A stretch of DNA of 64,000 nucleotides from Octopus bimaculoides (GCF_001194135.2 NC_068981.1:155827873-155891872), one strand, 5' to 3'; positions 49,720 to 63,500 are shown, counted from the first letter of the stretch. Translations and numbers: made by a program. The notes: generated by a model from the letters alone, not told the origin.

Positions 49720-52700
49720 TACTTTATTCACCCCTCCTCCTTTCTTAGCTTTTCTTTTCCAACTTAATAGTTTTTCTTTATGGTGTCTATTTGTAGGAAC
49801 TCTGTATTCTTCATTTTCCTTCCACTTGTACGCGTGGGTTCAACCACCTGTAACGGTGTTGGTACCTGGAATGTGTCATACAACAATTCCATAGGTTCTT
49901 CTTATCTGTTTGGTTCATTTTTCTATGAATCTCTTCTTCAAGTGTTTTTTGTGTCTTTTTTCAATACCTTTTCTGCTTTTAATTCCGTACATCATTTTTT
50001 TCTGTGTACTTTCTAATTTTGTCTTCTTCCCAGTACTGTTTTCCGTTTTTATATGATCTCAGGTACACCTTATCACCAATTCTGAAAACTTTGGGGTTGG
50101 TATTGCCTGGTACTTTTTCTTTCCACGCTAGGTAACAGTTTATCAAAAACTGATTTCACCTTCCTCGCGAACATCAGTTCTGCTGGTGAGCTTCCTGCTG
50201 GTGTATTGGGGTTCAGTGTCACCCTGTATACTCTTAGGAATTGCTGTAGAGCGACTTCGTCTGTGACGTCCTTGTTTGCTTTTCTCAAAGCTCTTTTAAA
50301 AATGTCCACAAAACGCTCCTCCTGTCCATTTGATTTGGGATGGTAAGTCGCTGTGACCATCATTTTGTTTTACTGTGAACATTTCGCAGAATTTTCTAAA
50401 TTCACTGGACCGAAATTGTGTTCCATTACCAGATACAATCACGAATAATGTGCGCAAAAATTTTATTACCGTTTCGGAGGTTGGTCTTTTGCACTTAACA
50501 ATTACCGGTTATTTTGTAAAACTTTCAACTATTACTAAGTAGTAATAATCATTTAACGGACCCGCAAAATTGATATGTAGTCACTCAACCATGAACTTTT
50601 TACTTCTGGCCAAGACTCCCATTCTTGAGTAGGCAATTTCGCTGCCAGAACACATCATCTGCAGCTTTTTACCACGTTTCAACTTCCTTGGCCATCTTCA
50701 GCCAATACACATAATTGCACATAAGCGCTTTCATCCTTACGATCCCCGGATGTCCAGTATAAAATTCTTTCAGCATTCTTTTTTTGTAGAGTTTCAAGTA
50801 TCACTATCTTTTGGTCATACATAATTACACCGTCGTATATTAAATATATGTTTATCTGTAGATGTTTTTTTCTTACTGAACCTGTTTGTTTCCTTTAGAT
50901 TACCACAGAGTTTTCTTTGTTTCATTAATGAACTTATCTTTTGACGAGTGTCGCTTCATCTCCTCCAGAGTTATTGGTAACTCTCGTACAATGTTCCACA
51001 TTATGTTTAATTTCCTCTTCGGCTCTTAGGGATGTTATTACTGTGTCCTCGAACGGTTCGCTATTTCTGGGTATTAACCTGGATAGACAGTCAGTATGTC
51101 CTAGTTTTTTTTTTAAGATAAATATTCCATTGCGTGGTCGTAGTTTAGTAATATGGTGCCCCATCGCTGCAACCTGTTTGCTGTATGTACTGAGATTCCT
51201 TTCTTGGATCTATAAATCGTTAGCAACGGGCGATGGTCTGTTTGTAGTCTAAACTGTCTACCATGTACAAATCTGTGGAACTTTTCTATGCCAAATATCA
51301 TCGCCAATGCCTCTTTTTCAATTTCGATATAATTTTTTTTCCGCTGGCAATTACGTCCTTGACGCGTGGACTATGGACTTTTGGCTGCTATCTTCATATT
51401 TGTGTAGGAGTACGGCACCTATCCCGTACTCACTAGTATCTGTTGCCAGTTTCTAAGCGACAAGTCTGAAGTTAACATGCTTTTTAGTTACTCAAATGCC
51501 TTCTGACATTTTTTTGGCCAAAACCATTTGGCATCCTTTTTTAACAGCTCATTTAGTGGAGCCTTTGTGTTGTGTATGTTCGGGATATATACTTGATAGT
51601 AGCTTACCAAACCTAAAATTGCTTGTAACAATTTGGCGTTCGTTAGGAGAGGCATATTCCGTATTGCCGCCCTCCTTGATGGATCTGGCCTTCGTCCCCT
51701 TTACTTGACCTAAATATTTGATTTTATTCATCAAAAATTCACACTTTTTCTGTTTATCTAAACACGTATTCATTTATTTTTCCGAATACTTTTTTTAATA
51801 TCTTCGAAGTGTTGCTCTACTGACTCGATCTTTATCAAAATATCATCGAGATAAGCGATAGCAAATTCATAATCGTTTAATATTGCATCCATCACTTGTT
51901 GGAATATGTCAGGTGCCACTTTTACTCCAAAAGGAAACCGCTTGAATTTATACAATCCACGTTGTGTGTTGATTGTTTAAAGGCATGAGCAATCTTCCTC
52001 TACCTGTATCTACAGATAGGCCTCCGAGAGGTCTAACTCCGAGAAAAGTTTTCCTCCATTCAGTTTTGAGAACACTTCTGGGTTTGGTAATGGATAATTG
52101 TGTTCGATTAAGCAGTCATTTAATCCAGTTGAAAAGTCCGTGCATACTCTTAGCTTATTATTTTTATTCTTTACATAAACCGCCGGAGTTGACCGGTCTG
52201 AATAGTCGACTTTTCCAATTATAGCTAGACTTTCTTGTCTTTCTAGCTCTTTATTGACCTGGTCCAACACTGCAAACGACACGTTCAGTTTGGGTCTAAA
52301 ACTAGGTGTTGCCTTTTCTTTTACTGCGATCCTCGCTTTTGTTTTAGTGCAACAGCCTAATCCTTTCCAAAAACATTTGGAAACAATTTCTAAAATTTTT
52401 TGTCTCAGTTGTTCGACTCCATTCGAACTTTTAACCGTGCCGAATACTAATGGAGGTATCCCACATTTTAAATAACTCCAAGCATTCTGTGCCAAATAGG
52501 TTTAGGGATTTTTTCAACACATAAGTTATTGTCCTTTTCGTTTTACCTCGAAAAGTTTCATTGCAAATACATTCGCCGATGAAACGTAATTTCTCTACTA
52601 TAACACCGTATGCTACTTCATTTGATTTTTTAAATTTCGGCTTACTTATTTGTCGCCTTATTTCTTCATTGCATTACGACTCTAATGGTTTCGATTCTCA

Positions 52701-52760
52701 CCTTGAATTTTCTATTCGTTGTACAAACTTTTTTCTCTCATAACAAACTATTCATTTTTC
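49720..52760 (-). pseudogene. Gypsy pol (PR-RT-RNaseH-integrase), fragmented
   Basis: RT: LRVCTDFSTGLN...FSELDLSEAYL and YKFKRFPFGVKVAPDIFQ...IAYLDDILI. RNase H: FGIEKFHRFVHGRQFRLQTDHRPL. Integrase: GHPGIVRMK zinc finger and YHPKSNGQEERFVDIFKRAL...SPAELMF. Confidence 0.92.
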
Positions 52761-52803
52761 TCGTTTGGTCCAGTTTTTCGTCATCTTAGTTCTGCAATGC
52801 GAT

Positions 52804-53678
52804 CTAATGTGTCCTGTGTTCCCACAACGAAAGCACTTTGTTTTTGTTTTTTGTTTTTTTGAACGGACACTTTTTTCTCAGGTGCCTACCACCAGATATC
52901 ACACACGGGTTTATCTCTTGATATATATCGTGTTTTTTGTGAAACACTTTATCCATCTTCCGACTCTTCCACACTGGTTTTATCTGTAAACAACCTCTGC
53001 GTTGGATATCTTCTGTATCGTACCTTTCCTTCAATATCATATTAAAATCTTCTGACAGTTTCTGGGGAGTTATATCCTGGTTCATTTCCAGCTTTGCGAG
53101 AATTTTCGTTCTTACTTCTGCGTCATTTTTAGTAGTAAGTCCTTGAGTAAAAATCAGGCACTTGAACGAGTCTGGAGATAGTTTATCCAGTTTAAATCTC
53201 TCGCACTCTCTGTTCACTCTACCTGCATATGTGGTAAAGTCTTAGTCATCGTTTTCTCCGTGTTCAAATACTTCCAACGTCTGCTGGACAACGATGTTCT
53301 TTCACTAAACATTCTACATAAAATGTTAATTGTGTCCGTGAAATTTATGTCAGAAACTTTTTTAGGCAATATTGAATTACAGTATTTTTCGTGCTCTGTC
53401 GTCGCTAGTTTCCTCAGAATTAGACGCGTTTTTATTTCGTCCGACCAGTCTTGGCATTCTTTTTCGAAAATGTGTTCAAATCTTCGGTAATATGCTTCGA
53501 AGGTGACTCCTTCTTCCGGGTCATATTTAAATTCATCTGTTGAATCTGCTACATGGTCTGGCGAAAACGTATTTTCGGTTTTGTTACCGACTTTATTAGT
53601 TGCAGCATTTGTTGCTGTAACACTTGTTGTTGTTCCTGTTGTTCTTTGAATTGTTGTTGTTACTGATTTGCAACTCAA
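52804..53678 (-). pseudogene. Gypsy gag, frameshifted
   Basis: EFKYDPEEGVTFEAYYRRFEHIF...KTRLILRKL and FKCLIFTQGL...AEVRTKIL, plus a degenerate Cys/His knuckle region; typical of Mag/K02A2.6-like gag. Confidence 0.85.
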
Positions 53679-53864
53679 CTAGACCCTTTAACAAGGTTTT
53701 CATAGTTTTACGGATTTTTCGTAAAATATGCACGACAAAAATGTTTGTTACTCCTCTATCAAGTTTTTAATTTCTCCACGTGAAACATTTCTCAACGTCG
53801 TCCGCATGAATTGCTTATTTTCTCGTGAATTTTGTTTTCAACTTCTTTCACGCGAATTGTTTAT

Positions 53865-53925
53865 ATCCTCGTCGCTGCTGTTATAACATGCATCCTCGTC
53901 CACTTGTATGTTATCGTCGTCACTA
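53865..53925 (-). other. Primer-binding-site region complementary to tRNA-Ser(GCT), three degenerate copies
   Basis: TAGTGACGACGAT, TGG--ACGAGGATG and CAGCGACGAGGAT compared with TGGCGACGAGGATG, the complement of the metazoan tRNA-Ser(GCT) 3' end CATCCTCGTCG-CCA. Confidence 0.65.
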
Positions 53926-53928
53926 TTA

Positions 53929-54194
53929 TGTTGTGGCGGTATTCCGCGTGTTATTATCTTTGACTCGTCTATCGTGCTATCGCTGATAGCTCCGCAAGAC
54001 AATGACTTTGAAACGTCTACTTTGACGATAACTCGAACTCGTATATCACACGTAAATGACACTGATTCCGGCTGAGAACTCGTTCAACGATTCTATTACT
54101 ACTGACTTCCTATAACAACTGATTGTCTGACTTTATAGTGGCTGCGTCATACCACTTTGTCATGTGGGAAGGGAGTACCATTTTCACTACGACA
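53929..54194 (-). repeat. 5' LTR of the Gypsy element (266 bp)
   Basis: TGTCGT...ACAACA termini on the minus strand, followed 3 nt later by a PBS-like motif. Confidence 0.88.
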
Positions 54195-54219
54195 CAAGCG
54201 CAGACACGCACACACACAC

Positions 54220-54385
54220 ACATATGAGAGGCTTCTTTCGGTTTCCATCTACCAAATCCACTCACAAAGCTTCAGTTAGCCGATGCTACAGTAGAAGGCA
54301 CTTGCTCAATGCGCTACGCAGTGGGACTGAACCAGGAACCATGTGGTTAGGAAGCAAGTTTCTTACCTCACAGCCATGCCTGTGG
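54220..54385 (-). mobile_element. SINE family 3 head
   Basis: Reverse complement of GGTAAGAAACTTGCTTCCTAACCACATGGTTCCTGGTTCAGTCCCACTGCGTAGCGCATTGAGCAAGTGCC. Confidence 0.75.
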
Positions 54386-54650
54386 CTGTGGTATAAAGAA
54401 CTTGTTTAAAAGAAAAAATCTCGATTGCAATTGGATTCAGGCCGTCTTAACCTCTGTCGTATAAGTTGGTGTTAAGGCTGATTGCACTGAAGAGTGTGTT
54501 TGGTGTTGTACAACAATTTATCTATTCAAAACAGATTCACTCAAAGGAGTTTCTTGGACTTTCGGAAGGTTTGCACGGACTTATTGAGTTTAGGAAGAGG
54601 TCTTACTCGGTCACGAATTGACTTCCGCCATGTATGTATGTATGTATGTA

Positions 54651-54706
<56 letters not shown>

Positions 54707-55204
54707 CGTATGTATGTATGTATGCTGAATGTTTTACTATGTGTTTCTCATTACGAATGTGGTAAAATTTCTGGCTGTTAATATCGGCGTTAGTGGCATT
54801 GGGACAAACAGTTATATAAATAGTCAGTGTGTGTGTGTGTGTGTATGTGTATGGATGTGTGCATGTTTATACATCTGCGCGTTCTATATTTGTACTTGTG
54901 TTTCGATGGGTAGTTCAGATTGTTTGTGGTTGTAATATTTTTTGCATGGGATTGTGTATGCTTGTTTATGTATGTATGTATACATGTATGCATATTTGTA
55001 TGTATGTATGTATGTGTGTATGTATGTATGCATGCATGTATGTATGCGTGCATGTATGTATGCATGTATATACGTGTGTATGTATATACGTTTGTATGTA
55101 TGTATGTATTTGCATTCTTACTCAGATATGAATCAATGCACTATTACACATATATACTTTAATATCTATACATTCAAACATACACACCCACGCGCACATC
55201 TATG

Positions 55205-55245
<41 letters not shown>

Positions 55246-55369
55246 CTGTACAGCATGTGTCTATGTGCGTGTACGTGTATGTATGTATGTATGTATGTAT
55301 GTATGTATGAGCAAGTATATGCAAACATGATGAACAAGAACATTATGAAATTAATGACGCGGTACTGTA

Positions 55370-56345
55370 ATCAGTGCCAAAGGGGATGGCGAATAGAAAA
55401 TCCCCAGGCCCAGATGTTATAACAGGATATTAGTTCAAGTATCACACATTTTATCATCGAGGTTTGATAAAACTGCATGGCAAGGGCATTCAGAGTACAT
55501 TAAACGTGCTCAAATGCTTGTAGACTGTCATTACCATCCTTATTCCTAAAATAGCCAAAGCTCCCAAGTTAAAACTTTCTGCTCAGTAACTCTGCCAGAT
55601 CCGTTCATGTTTAAGATAACCATTGGTTGTATCAATCAGTTTCCAGAAGGTCATTGAGTCACAATGATATTGTAACTCGTGAAAAAGCTCGGGAAAAGAA
55701 GAATGTATGAGGCTGTATATAATCAACAAAATGATACAAAAACCCCAAAACAGAAAAGAGTCACAAATACTTGGTTGCAGAGTAGATGGACAACATGAGT
55801 GAATTATTGAAACGTTAGTCGAAGTCCTAAAAGAACTTGGTGATATTCAACTCATAACTGAGACTTGGTACATCACTTTACTTTCCAAATGTGATCATAA
55901 ATAAATCAAATTTGGTACCATCCATTTCCAAGAAGGTGTCCGGCAGGGTGTTTTATCTTGTCAGTACTTGTTCTTTGTCCGCCCGTTAAGCCAGTTATTA
56001 TAAGTGATCGCAAAATACCTCTAGATCCGGAAACATTTCTCACTTTTTCTTCGTAGGCAATCTGAAGCTGTGTGGGCAGGGATCTCGAAAACAAATATTC
56101 CACAGACATTCGAGTGAAATTTGTTGAGTCCAGTTGCGCATTTTTTTATGGTAAGACCTAGAAAATTTGTGCAACAAAACAAAAATTTGTGCTACAAAAA
56201 CATGATTGCAAAGGTTATGTTTTCAAGCAGAAAATATATCCTTTGCAATCAGCTAAGAACTACAAGCATCTTGGACAGGATGAGAATGTCAGATATGATA
56301 TAGCAATTAATACGGAGAAGACAAGAAATAAATACTTCAAGGGAC
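55370..56345 (+). mobile_element. Decayed R4/Dong-like non-LTR reverse transcriptase
   Basis: Residual motifs: (V)RPLSQLL, NISHFFFVGNLKL (degenerate F.DD), STDIRVKFVES and YPLQSAKNYKHLGQDENVRYDIAINTEKTRNKYFK (YKYLG). Many indels. Confidence 0.75.
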
Positions 56346-56374
56346 AGGTGATTGGAACTTTCCGCTTACAATAA

Positions 56375-56545
56375 CCAATTTGAAGAATTTTAGTCGACCG
56401 CATCAACCCTAGTACTTAAAGATTTTAAAGCCTGGTACTTATCCTATCGATCTCTTTGACAAACCGTTAAGTTATGGAGACGTAGGCACACCAGCACCGG
56501 TTACGAAGCAGTGTTGGGAGATAAACAGACTCAAAGATACACACA
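56375..56545 (-). mobile_element. SINE family 3 tail
   Basis: CCTGGTACTTATCCTATCGATCTCTTTGACAAACCGTTAAGTTATGGAGACGTAGGCACACCAGCACCGG. Confidence 0.7.
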
Positions 56546-58014
56546 CGCACATGTATGTATGTATGTATGTATTATATGTGGGAGAATATACAAATAATAA
56601 CAACAGACGAGGACAGGTGGTGTAAATAACAAAAGTGTATACATGCATGTCTGTATGTATACATGCGCATATATATATATATATANNNNNNNNNNNNNNN
56701 NNNNNNNNNNNNNNNNNNNNNNNNNNNNNNNNNNNNNNNNNNNNNNNNNNNNNNNNNNNNNNNNNNNNNNNNNNNNNNNNNNNNNNNNNNNNNNNNNNNN
56801 NNNNNNNNNNNNNNNNNNNNNNNNNNNNNNNNNNNNNNNNNNNNNNNNNNNNNNNNNNNNNNNNNNNNNNNNNNNNNNNNNNNNNNNNNNNNNNNNNNNN
56901 NNNNNNNNNNNNNNNNNNNNNNNNNNNNNNNNNNNNNNNNNNNNNNNNNNNNNNNNNNNNNNNNNNNNNNNNNNNNNNNNNNNNNNNNNNNNNNNNNNNN
57001 NNNNNNNNNNNNNNNNNNNNNNNNNNNNNNNNNNNNNNNNNNNNNNNNNNNNNNNNNNNNNNNNNNNNNNNNNNNNNNNNNNNNNNNNNNNNNNNNNNNN
57101 NNNNNNNNNNNNNNNNNNNNNNNNNNNNNNNNNNNNNNNNNNNNNNNNNNNNNNNNNNNNTCTCTCTCACTTTTCTGGACCATTTGTGACGACATGTTAC
57201 ACGAAATGGTTGTAATTTTGACAGACTTCAACTTCCATCTTTCTGAATTCAATAAAAAAGTACCTGTAATATACCGTGGTCGATTTAAGCGACAACTTCC
57301 CACCCTCAAAAAATATATGACACTCTGATTATTTTAGAAATCAATCACATTAATCTTCTTTTTTAATATTTAGTATATTTTATTCTTTATTATTTTCCCC
57401 ATAATTTTGTTTAAAATCATATTTGTTTATTCTTTTGTTTTGAATTTAATATTGCTTTTTCCAATAATTTTATTGATCTTAGCAACGTGCATTCTTATAC
57501 CTGCTGATCCTTGAGGGCTCGTTAGTTAGTTAGAAAAGATATATCAGAAGACAGACAAATACGGAGATGTCAGAGGCCAGAAAGAAAGTTTAAAACAGCG
57601 GAAAATAAGAGAACATATTGTATACGCTGAAGGTTGACCGAAGAATCTCAGCCTTGCTCATCAATCTCTTACTGAAAACCCGAAGTGACGCCGAAGCCGC
57701 TGAGTACAAGATCAATGGAGAAAATCTAGCGAGAGTTAGTCAAATGAAATTATTCTCTTCTCAGACGCTTTTAGTGAAGAAGCGCCATTCACGGCCTAGT
57801 GGTTGCCAAAGGTGTTATTAATTCAATCATCACAGACTATTCATAGGTCTCAACCAGTGAGATGTGCAGATTGTCTAACAATGGTGCGCTAGGCGAGTTA
57901 ATCACGCATGCCAATAAGCAGAGTTCATTTAAGGGGAAAGTGTGTGTGTGTGTGTGTGCGGACGTATCTGTCTACGTGCGTGTGGAAGAGGAGAGAGTGT
58001 GCGTTATCGTTGCC

Positions 58015-58278
58015 ATTGCAACATCATTATCATTACCATCATCATGATCATCATGATCATCATCATCGTCGTCATCATTTTCATCGTCGTCATCATCATT
58101 ATCATCATCATCATCATCGTCTTCATCACCACCACCACCATCATAATCACCATCAGTTTCGTCATTATCGTCGTCGTCGTCGTCGTCATCGTCCATCTTC
58201 ATTATTGTCATCGTGATCATCATTATCAACATTAGCTTCACCATCACCACCGACGTTAATGATAATAATAATAATAAT

Positions 58279-58335
<57 letters not shown>

Positions 58336-58640
58336 CAGTAGTAGTAGAAGAAGAAGAAGAAGAAGAGGAGGAGGAGGAGGAGGAAAAGAAGAAGAAGAAG
58401 AAGAAGAAGAAGAAGAAGAAGAAGAAGAAGAAGAAGAAGAAGAAGAAGAAGAAGAAAAAGAGGGGGAGGAGGAGGAGGAGAAGAAGAAGAAGAAGAAGAA
58501 GAAGAAGAAGAAGAGGGGGAGGAGGAGGAGGAGGAGGAGGAAAAGGAGAAGAAGAAGAAGAAGAAGAAGAAGAAGAAGAAGAGGGAAAATCTTGATCATC
58601 ATCAGCACAGTATGACCAGTATCATCATAATCAGTCTCAC
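58015..58640. repeat. Long compound trinucleotide array (ATC)n-(ATA)n-(GTA)n-(GAA)n/(GAG)n
   Basis: Directly visible. It generates spurious homopolymeric ORFs. Confidence 0.95.
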
Positions 58641-58790
58641 AATCATGATTGCTATTTATCCGTATTAACGGTGTTGGTATTATTAGCTATCTGGATTTCG
58701 TCTTCATTATCATCAGCCAAAATAATACACACGCACACAAACATATATATACACACATATATATATGATGATGATATACATACATCCATA

Positions 58791-58823
<33 letters not shown>

Positions 58824-59123
58824 GTATATATNNNNNNNNNNNNNNNNNNNNNNNNNNNNNNNNNNNNNNNNNNNNNNNNNNNNNNNNNNNNNNNNNNNNN
58901 NNNNNNNNNNNNNNNNNNNNNNNNNNNNNNNNNNNNNNNNNNNNNNNNNNNNNNNNNNNNNNNNNNNNNNNNNNNNNNNNNNNNNNNNNNNNNNNNNNNN
59001 NNNNNNNNNNNNNNNNNNNNNNNNNNNNNNNNNNNNNNNNNNNNNNNNNNNNNNNNNNNNNNNNNNNNNNNNNNNNNNNNNNNNNNNNNNNNNNNNNNNN
59101 NNNNNNNNNNNNNNNNNNNNNNN

Positions 59124-59190
<67 letters not shown>

Positions 59191-59839
59191 GTATTAGGTG
59201 TCTGCGTTCGACATAGCTACAGAGTTGCACTAGTAACATAGGATTTACCGATCCATCCGCTTCTTGTCTAATAAACACATTAGCAACTCGACAAATGACG
59301 AGGCACATAATTAAGTGGGACTAACATATTTAGTATACTGAGCCGTCCTTAAAATTAATGACCAATTAAAATTACACACATAATTAATTTTTATTTAATC
59401 AATAGAGTTAGCGGTAATGTTAAGAATGCAAAATTAACAATTCTGAAGCCCAAATTCATTTAAAAATTGAATGAGGGCTTTCGGTGTGTAGTTAATTTGA
59501 TCTTTGGTAAGTATAGTGACAACTCTGGACATGTTTTGGTATTATTAAACCTCCTCAGCAAAGTAACACACTACTGGAATTTAATGGAGCTTAGAGTGGA
59601 TGAGAAAATATATAGATTTTGACATAATTCACTGATTATTAAAATAATGACGAGGGAAAATTTTCCTAGGGACGCCTTATGCATGAAGAAAATATAGTTA
59701 AGTATGAAGTCGCTAACAAAATGTAGTATTTTAATTTTTTTGTATTGATGAAAATGATACCCGTAACGAAGACAAAAGCTTTAACGACAGAGATAAGAGC
59801 GATAACTCTGAGATTCAAGTTACCTAAAACTTGATTGGT

Positions 59840-60360
59840 GAGGATCCGCTACATGGTCACTCAGTCTGCTGGGAAACGCAGCCATGACTATCTCAATAAT
59901 ACTTTACAGTCTTATAAAGGAAGGACACATTTGATAATGTAGTCCTAAATGCAGTGGCTAACAGACAAAATGGGATGGTCACAGCTGGAACACCTTTGAC
60001 CACTGGTCGGTTCGAATATGGCTGACCAAGTACTAAACAATGACACAGCTATTTTAATGTTCACTATGGAAAGCTGGAGCTGTCATTAATGATGTAGCGA
60101 CATTTATTTCAAGAAAATAAATCCAAAACTACTGAACCTCTTTGATGCAATTAATACGTAATCACAGAAATGATGAGTCCCTAAGCGATCGTTTAATATG
60201 CTAGAAATGACAGCAAACTTTACATTGAATCAAATCTTACGATCTTAAAAATGAAGGTCAAATTAACTAATACTGTTATAATTGCACTATATCTGACATT
60301 AAAATATGTTGGTTATGGCTGGAATGCCTTTCATCTAAAGTCTGCTCGATCAATGGGATG
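59840..60360 (+). repeat. Two copies of interspersed repeat family 4
   Basis: About 59840-60045 and 60170-60360 share GGATGGTCACAGCTGGAACACCTTTG / GGTTATGGCTGGAATGCCTTT. Confidence 0.55.
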
Positions 60361-62289
60361 AGGAGATAATCAAGAGCATTTCGGATTGCTTCTGAATCTC
60401 ACCAAGTAGTTTATTAAATAGTTGCATTGATGAGCAATGGATTCATATTTCTAATGATATTTTAGGGATTAATTGTCAATGTTTACATCAGTGGTTCCCA
60501 ATCTCAGAGTAGTTATCTCGACCAATGTAAAAATGCATTTGGGTGAGTTAACATCAGTAGATTAGCGAAGTGAGTCTCGGTTTCATGTCTCCATTAGCAG
60601 AATGTGAATCATTACACTTCAAGAAAGGCAACAGGTCTGAAGTGGAAAAACAAACTAAGACTCACACCTACGTAATTTTAATGCATCGTTCTGCTCTGAG
60701 CCAAAAATATGAAGAAGCAATAGGAAAACACTAAACCATAAATAGACGTTTGTAGCTGATGCTAATTCATTTCAAAAATAAAATTTCTGCTCTAAAAGAG
60801 TGCTATGGCGTATCATGAGAGATCAACCCAGCTCATGCTAAGTTATTTTAGTTTAGTTTAGTTTAGAGTGAGTATTTTACTATGCTGAATCAGACCCGTA
60901 TTTCTCCCGTGGCGGCAATTGATTAATCTTAGAGGGGCACGTATTTTTGTAATCGCAATGATGTAATATGCATATTTGTTATACAGTATATGATGAATTT
61001 GAACCTAAAAAATTGTTTATAAAATTGAAGCAGCTGCATACGAAGAAAAACTTTTGCGCAAGATTAAAAAAAATCTGCTTCGATTCTGTATCATTTGTTC
61101 ATTTATTTTTAAAGGTGACGTGAACAAGATGGCGTGCGCGTTTTTTTGAAGCTTCGATCGATGCTAAGGTCTATCAGTGGTTTTTGTTAAATACATTATG
61201 AAATTTATATGAATAAATATTAAATTGAAATAATTCTTATTGCTTTGTAAATTTTACTCAAATGAATTAATTTTTATTGTTTTACAGATTTTAGCTCTTA
61301 ATTCAATATTCAATGACAAAAAGAATAAGAAAACCACTAAAATCGATAATTAGAATAAGAAAGTCTAGGCATATGTTTTTCTTTCTTGAGAGAAATGAAT
61401 TTTAAAAGACCATAGTCTGTCTACTTCCTTTTTATGATTTTATAATATTTCAATTTACATTTAACTCAATAAAAATTAAATTCCATATTTAAATACCTAA
61501 AATTTTCCTAGTACGGAAGAGTAATCATAATTTCACAATTTCACAATATTCAAGATTCCTCCTTTTGAATATGTTACTGAATAATTTATAAATTTAAATT
61601 ATTCTAACGGACGGATAAAAAGTATCAATGTATAAATTTTCAATATTATCTAGAAATACTAAAGAAGGAGCTACTCACTTTTCAAGAGAGTGGCCAATCC
61701 CCTAAGCCCCATTTACCTACAGTTATATACTGCAGTCAAGTGCACATCTCTGTTTCAGTGTCGGCTATAATTTCTGCACAGTCAGGCGTCATGTCGACCT
61801 TAGCCATTTTTTGCACTTGGTAACCAATCCATCACAAAATGTATTGCTCCTTCGCAACAGTTTTTACACTTGATTGTGGTGTGGTGCGCATTAAAGATAC
61901 GCTGCTTAAGACTTAGGTGCGTCAAGTTTACCAAGTGTATCTCCCCGTGATGTTGTCACTCATGACAGATTTATCGCAATTCAGTCAGTGTACTGTCGGC
62001 ATCACTCTAGAAGCAGCAGTGAATGGGTGTATATTGTGCAGTAACTCTGTGGCTAAATGTAATGAAAGTTTTCTCACATGTAATTTTCATAAACTCGGTT
62101 CTGTATTAGTGAAAACAATAAGCAATAATGTAATTTTGACTTAATTGAACTGATAAGTAATGTTTATTCATTTTCAGCTGACAAGTAATGTTTTTGCGTG
62201 TTTATTTATTCAGATAAGTAAACTGAGCTTGTATGATCGAACGCTTCAACCTTCAGACTAAGATATCATCTACGACTATAAAATACACA

Positions 62290-63500
62290 CTATGTGGCTG
62301 AAAATATGTGGAAACATAGCTACATCATGGTTTCATGGAATTCAAAGACAGAGAAGAATAACTGTGTAGCTCTCATCTCCAATGTTTACATCTTGTAGGT
62401 TTATATTTAACTTTCAAGCAAACCAGTACAATCCGCGCATTTTATGTTGTAGAATATATAAGAATGTTGTAGAAAAAATCCCATACTACTACGGAGAAAT
62501 TTGTCGAGCCTGGGGTTGAAATTCTTGGGCGAAACATGAGGTGAAAGTAAAACAAAGAAGCTGTCATGAGTTTCTCTCTGCAAAAACATTATTCAGCGCC
62601 GGTTAGATGAGATGGCGGAGAATATTGAGATGCGCGATAATACATAAGTTTGCATTCAACTCGATGAGTCACTGATATTTGTAACTGTACTCAAATGAAC
62701 TGCTTTACTTACAAATTGTTGATGATCAGATGAAAGATGAGCACGTATTCAACCTTCCGCTTGAAACAACAGCGACGATACGAGACCTTATTAACGATGC
62801 TTCAACCTACTTTGGAAAATATGGAATATAGTGGGGAAAACTAGAACACATTCGGCGGGATGAAGCATTGGCTATGGCTCGGAGTAAAATGCAGTTTTGT
62901 TGTATTTGCAAAGAAGAAGGGTCATTCGCCTACCAGCGATCATTTCACTACTTACTGCCAGGTTGTTGTCCAAAACCTTACTGAGTAGTTAAAATATTTG
63001 CTATAACTTGTGTCTTACATGTAATCCATTATATAAAAAGTTGAAGACTTAATACTCGTTAGTTTAGGGTGTTGTGTGAAAATTTTGACTCCAGACACGT
63101 GGAAACATTTTCGGTCACAGAGATGAGATGCCTGTCTCCAAGCAACTTTTCGGTTTCGAGTTTTTAAAGAGCGATCGGAAAAAGCGGACTTTTTTGCTGC
63201 AAAAACACACACTAAAAGCATTGTCTTTCGTGACAACATCGCACGCCTCTCTATTCTATTAGACATATTTCGAAAGGTGAATTTGTTGAATTGCTCTCTA
63301 CAGGAAAAATATTCTTCCATTATATGAGATAAGATGAATTCCTTTTGCCAATAGATGAGTCAATAACAACGACCTGGCTATGTTTACCCGGCTTGATCAC
63401 TTTCCTCAGATTAGCGACATTCAATGCCTGGCAACCAAAACTGGTGGACATCTGCTCATATTCAAAACGTCAATGACAAAACATTTCCCCGAACACAAGA
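62290..63500 (+). pseudogene. Decayed hAT (Buster/Charlie; ZBED5/FAM200-like) transposase
   Basis: NIIQRRLDEMAENIE, CIQLDES/TD (first catalytic D), TYFGKYGI*WGKLEHI..DEALAM (DGAPAM-like), TEMRCLS (TEVRWLS-like) and LDIFRKVNLLNCSLQEK. Multiple stops and frameshifts. Confidence 0.85.

Larger units (their letters stand above)
49414..54194 (-). mobile_element. Full-length decayed Ty3/Gypsy (Mag-like) LTR retrotransposon, about 4.8 kb
   Basis: Two LTRs, PBS, PPT, gag and pol in the order PR-RT-RNaseH-IN, with many frameshifts and stops. Confidence 0.95.

Noticed and set aside
57618-57821. 67-codon plus-strand ORF in unique sequence
   Set aside because: Its length is within chance expectation, no clear splice sites were found, and I recognise no motif.
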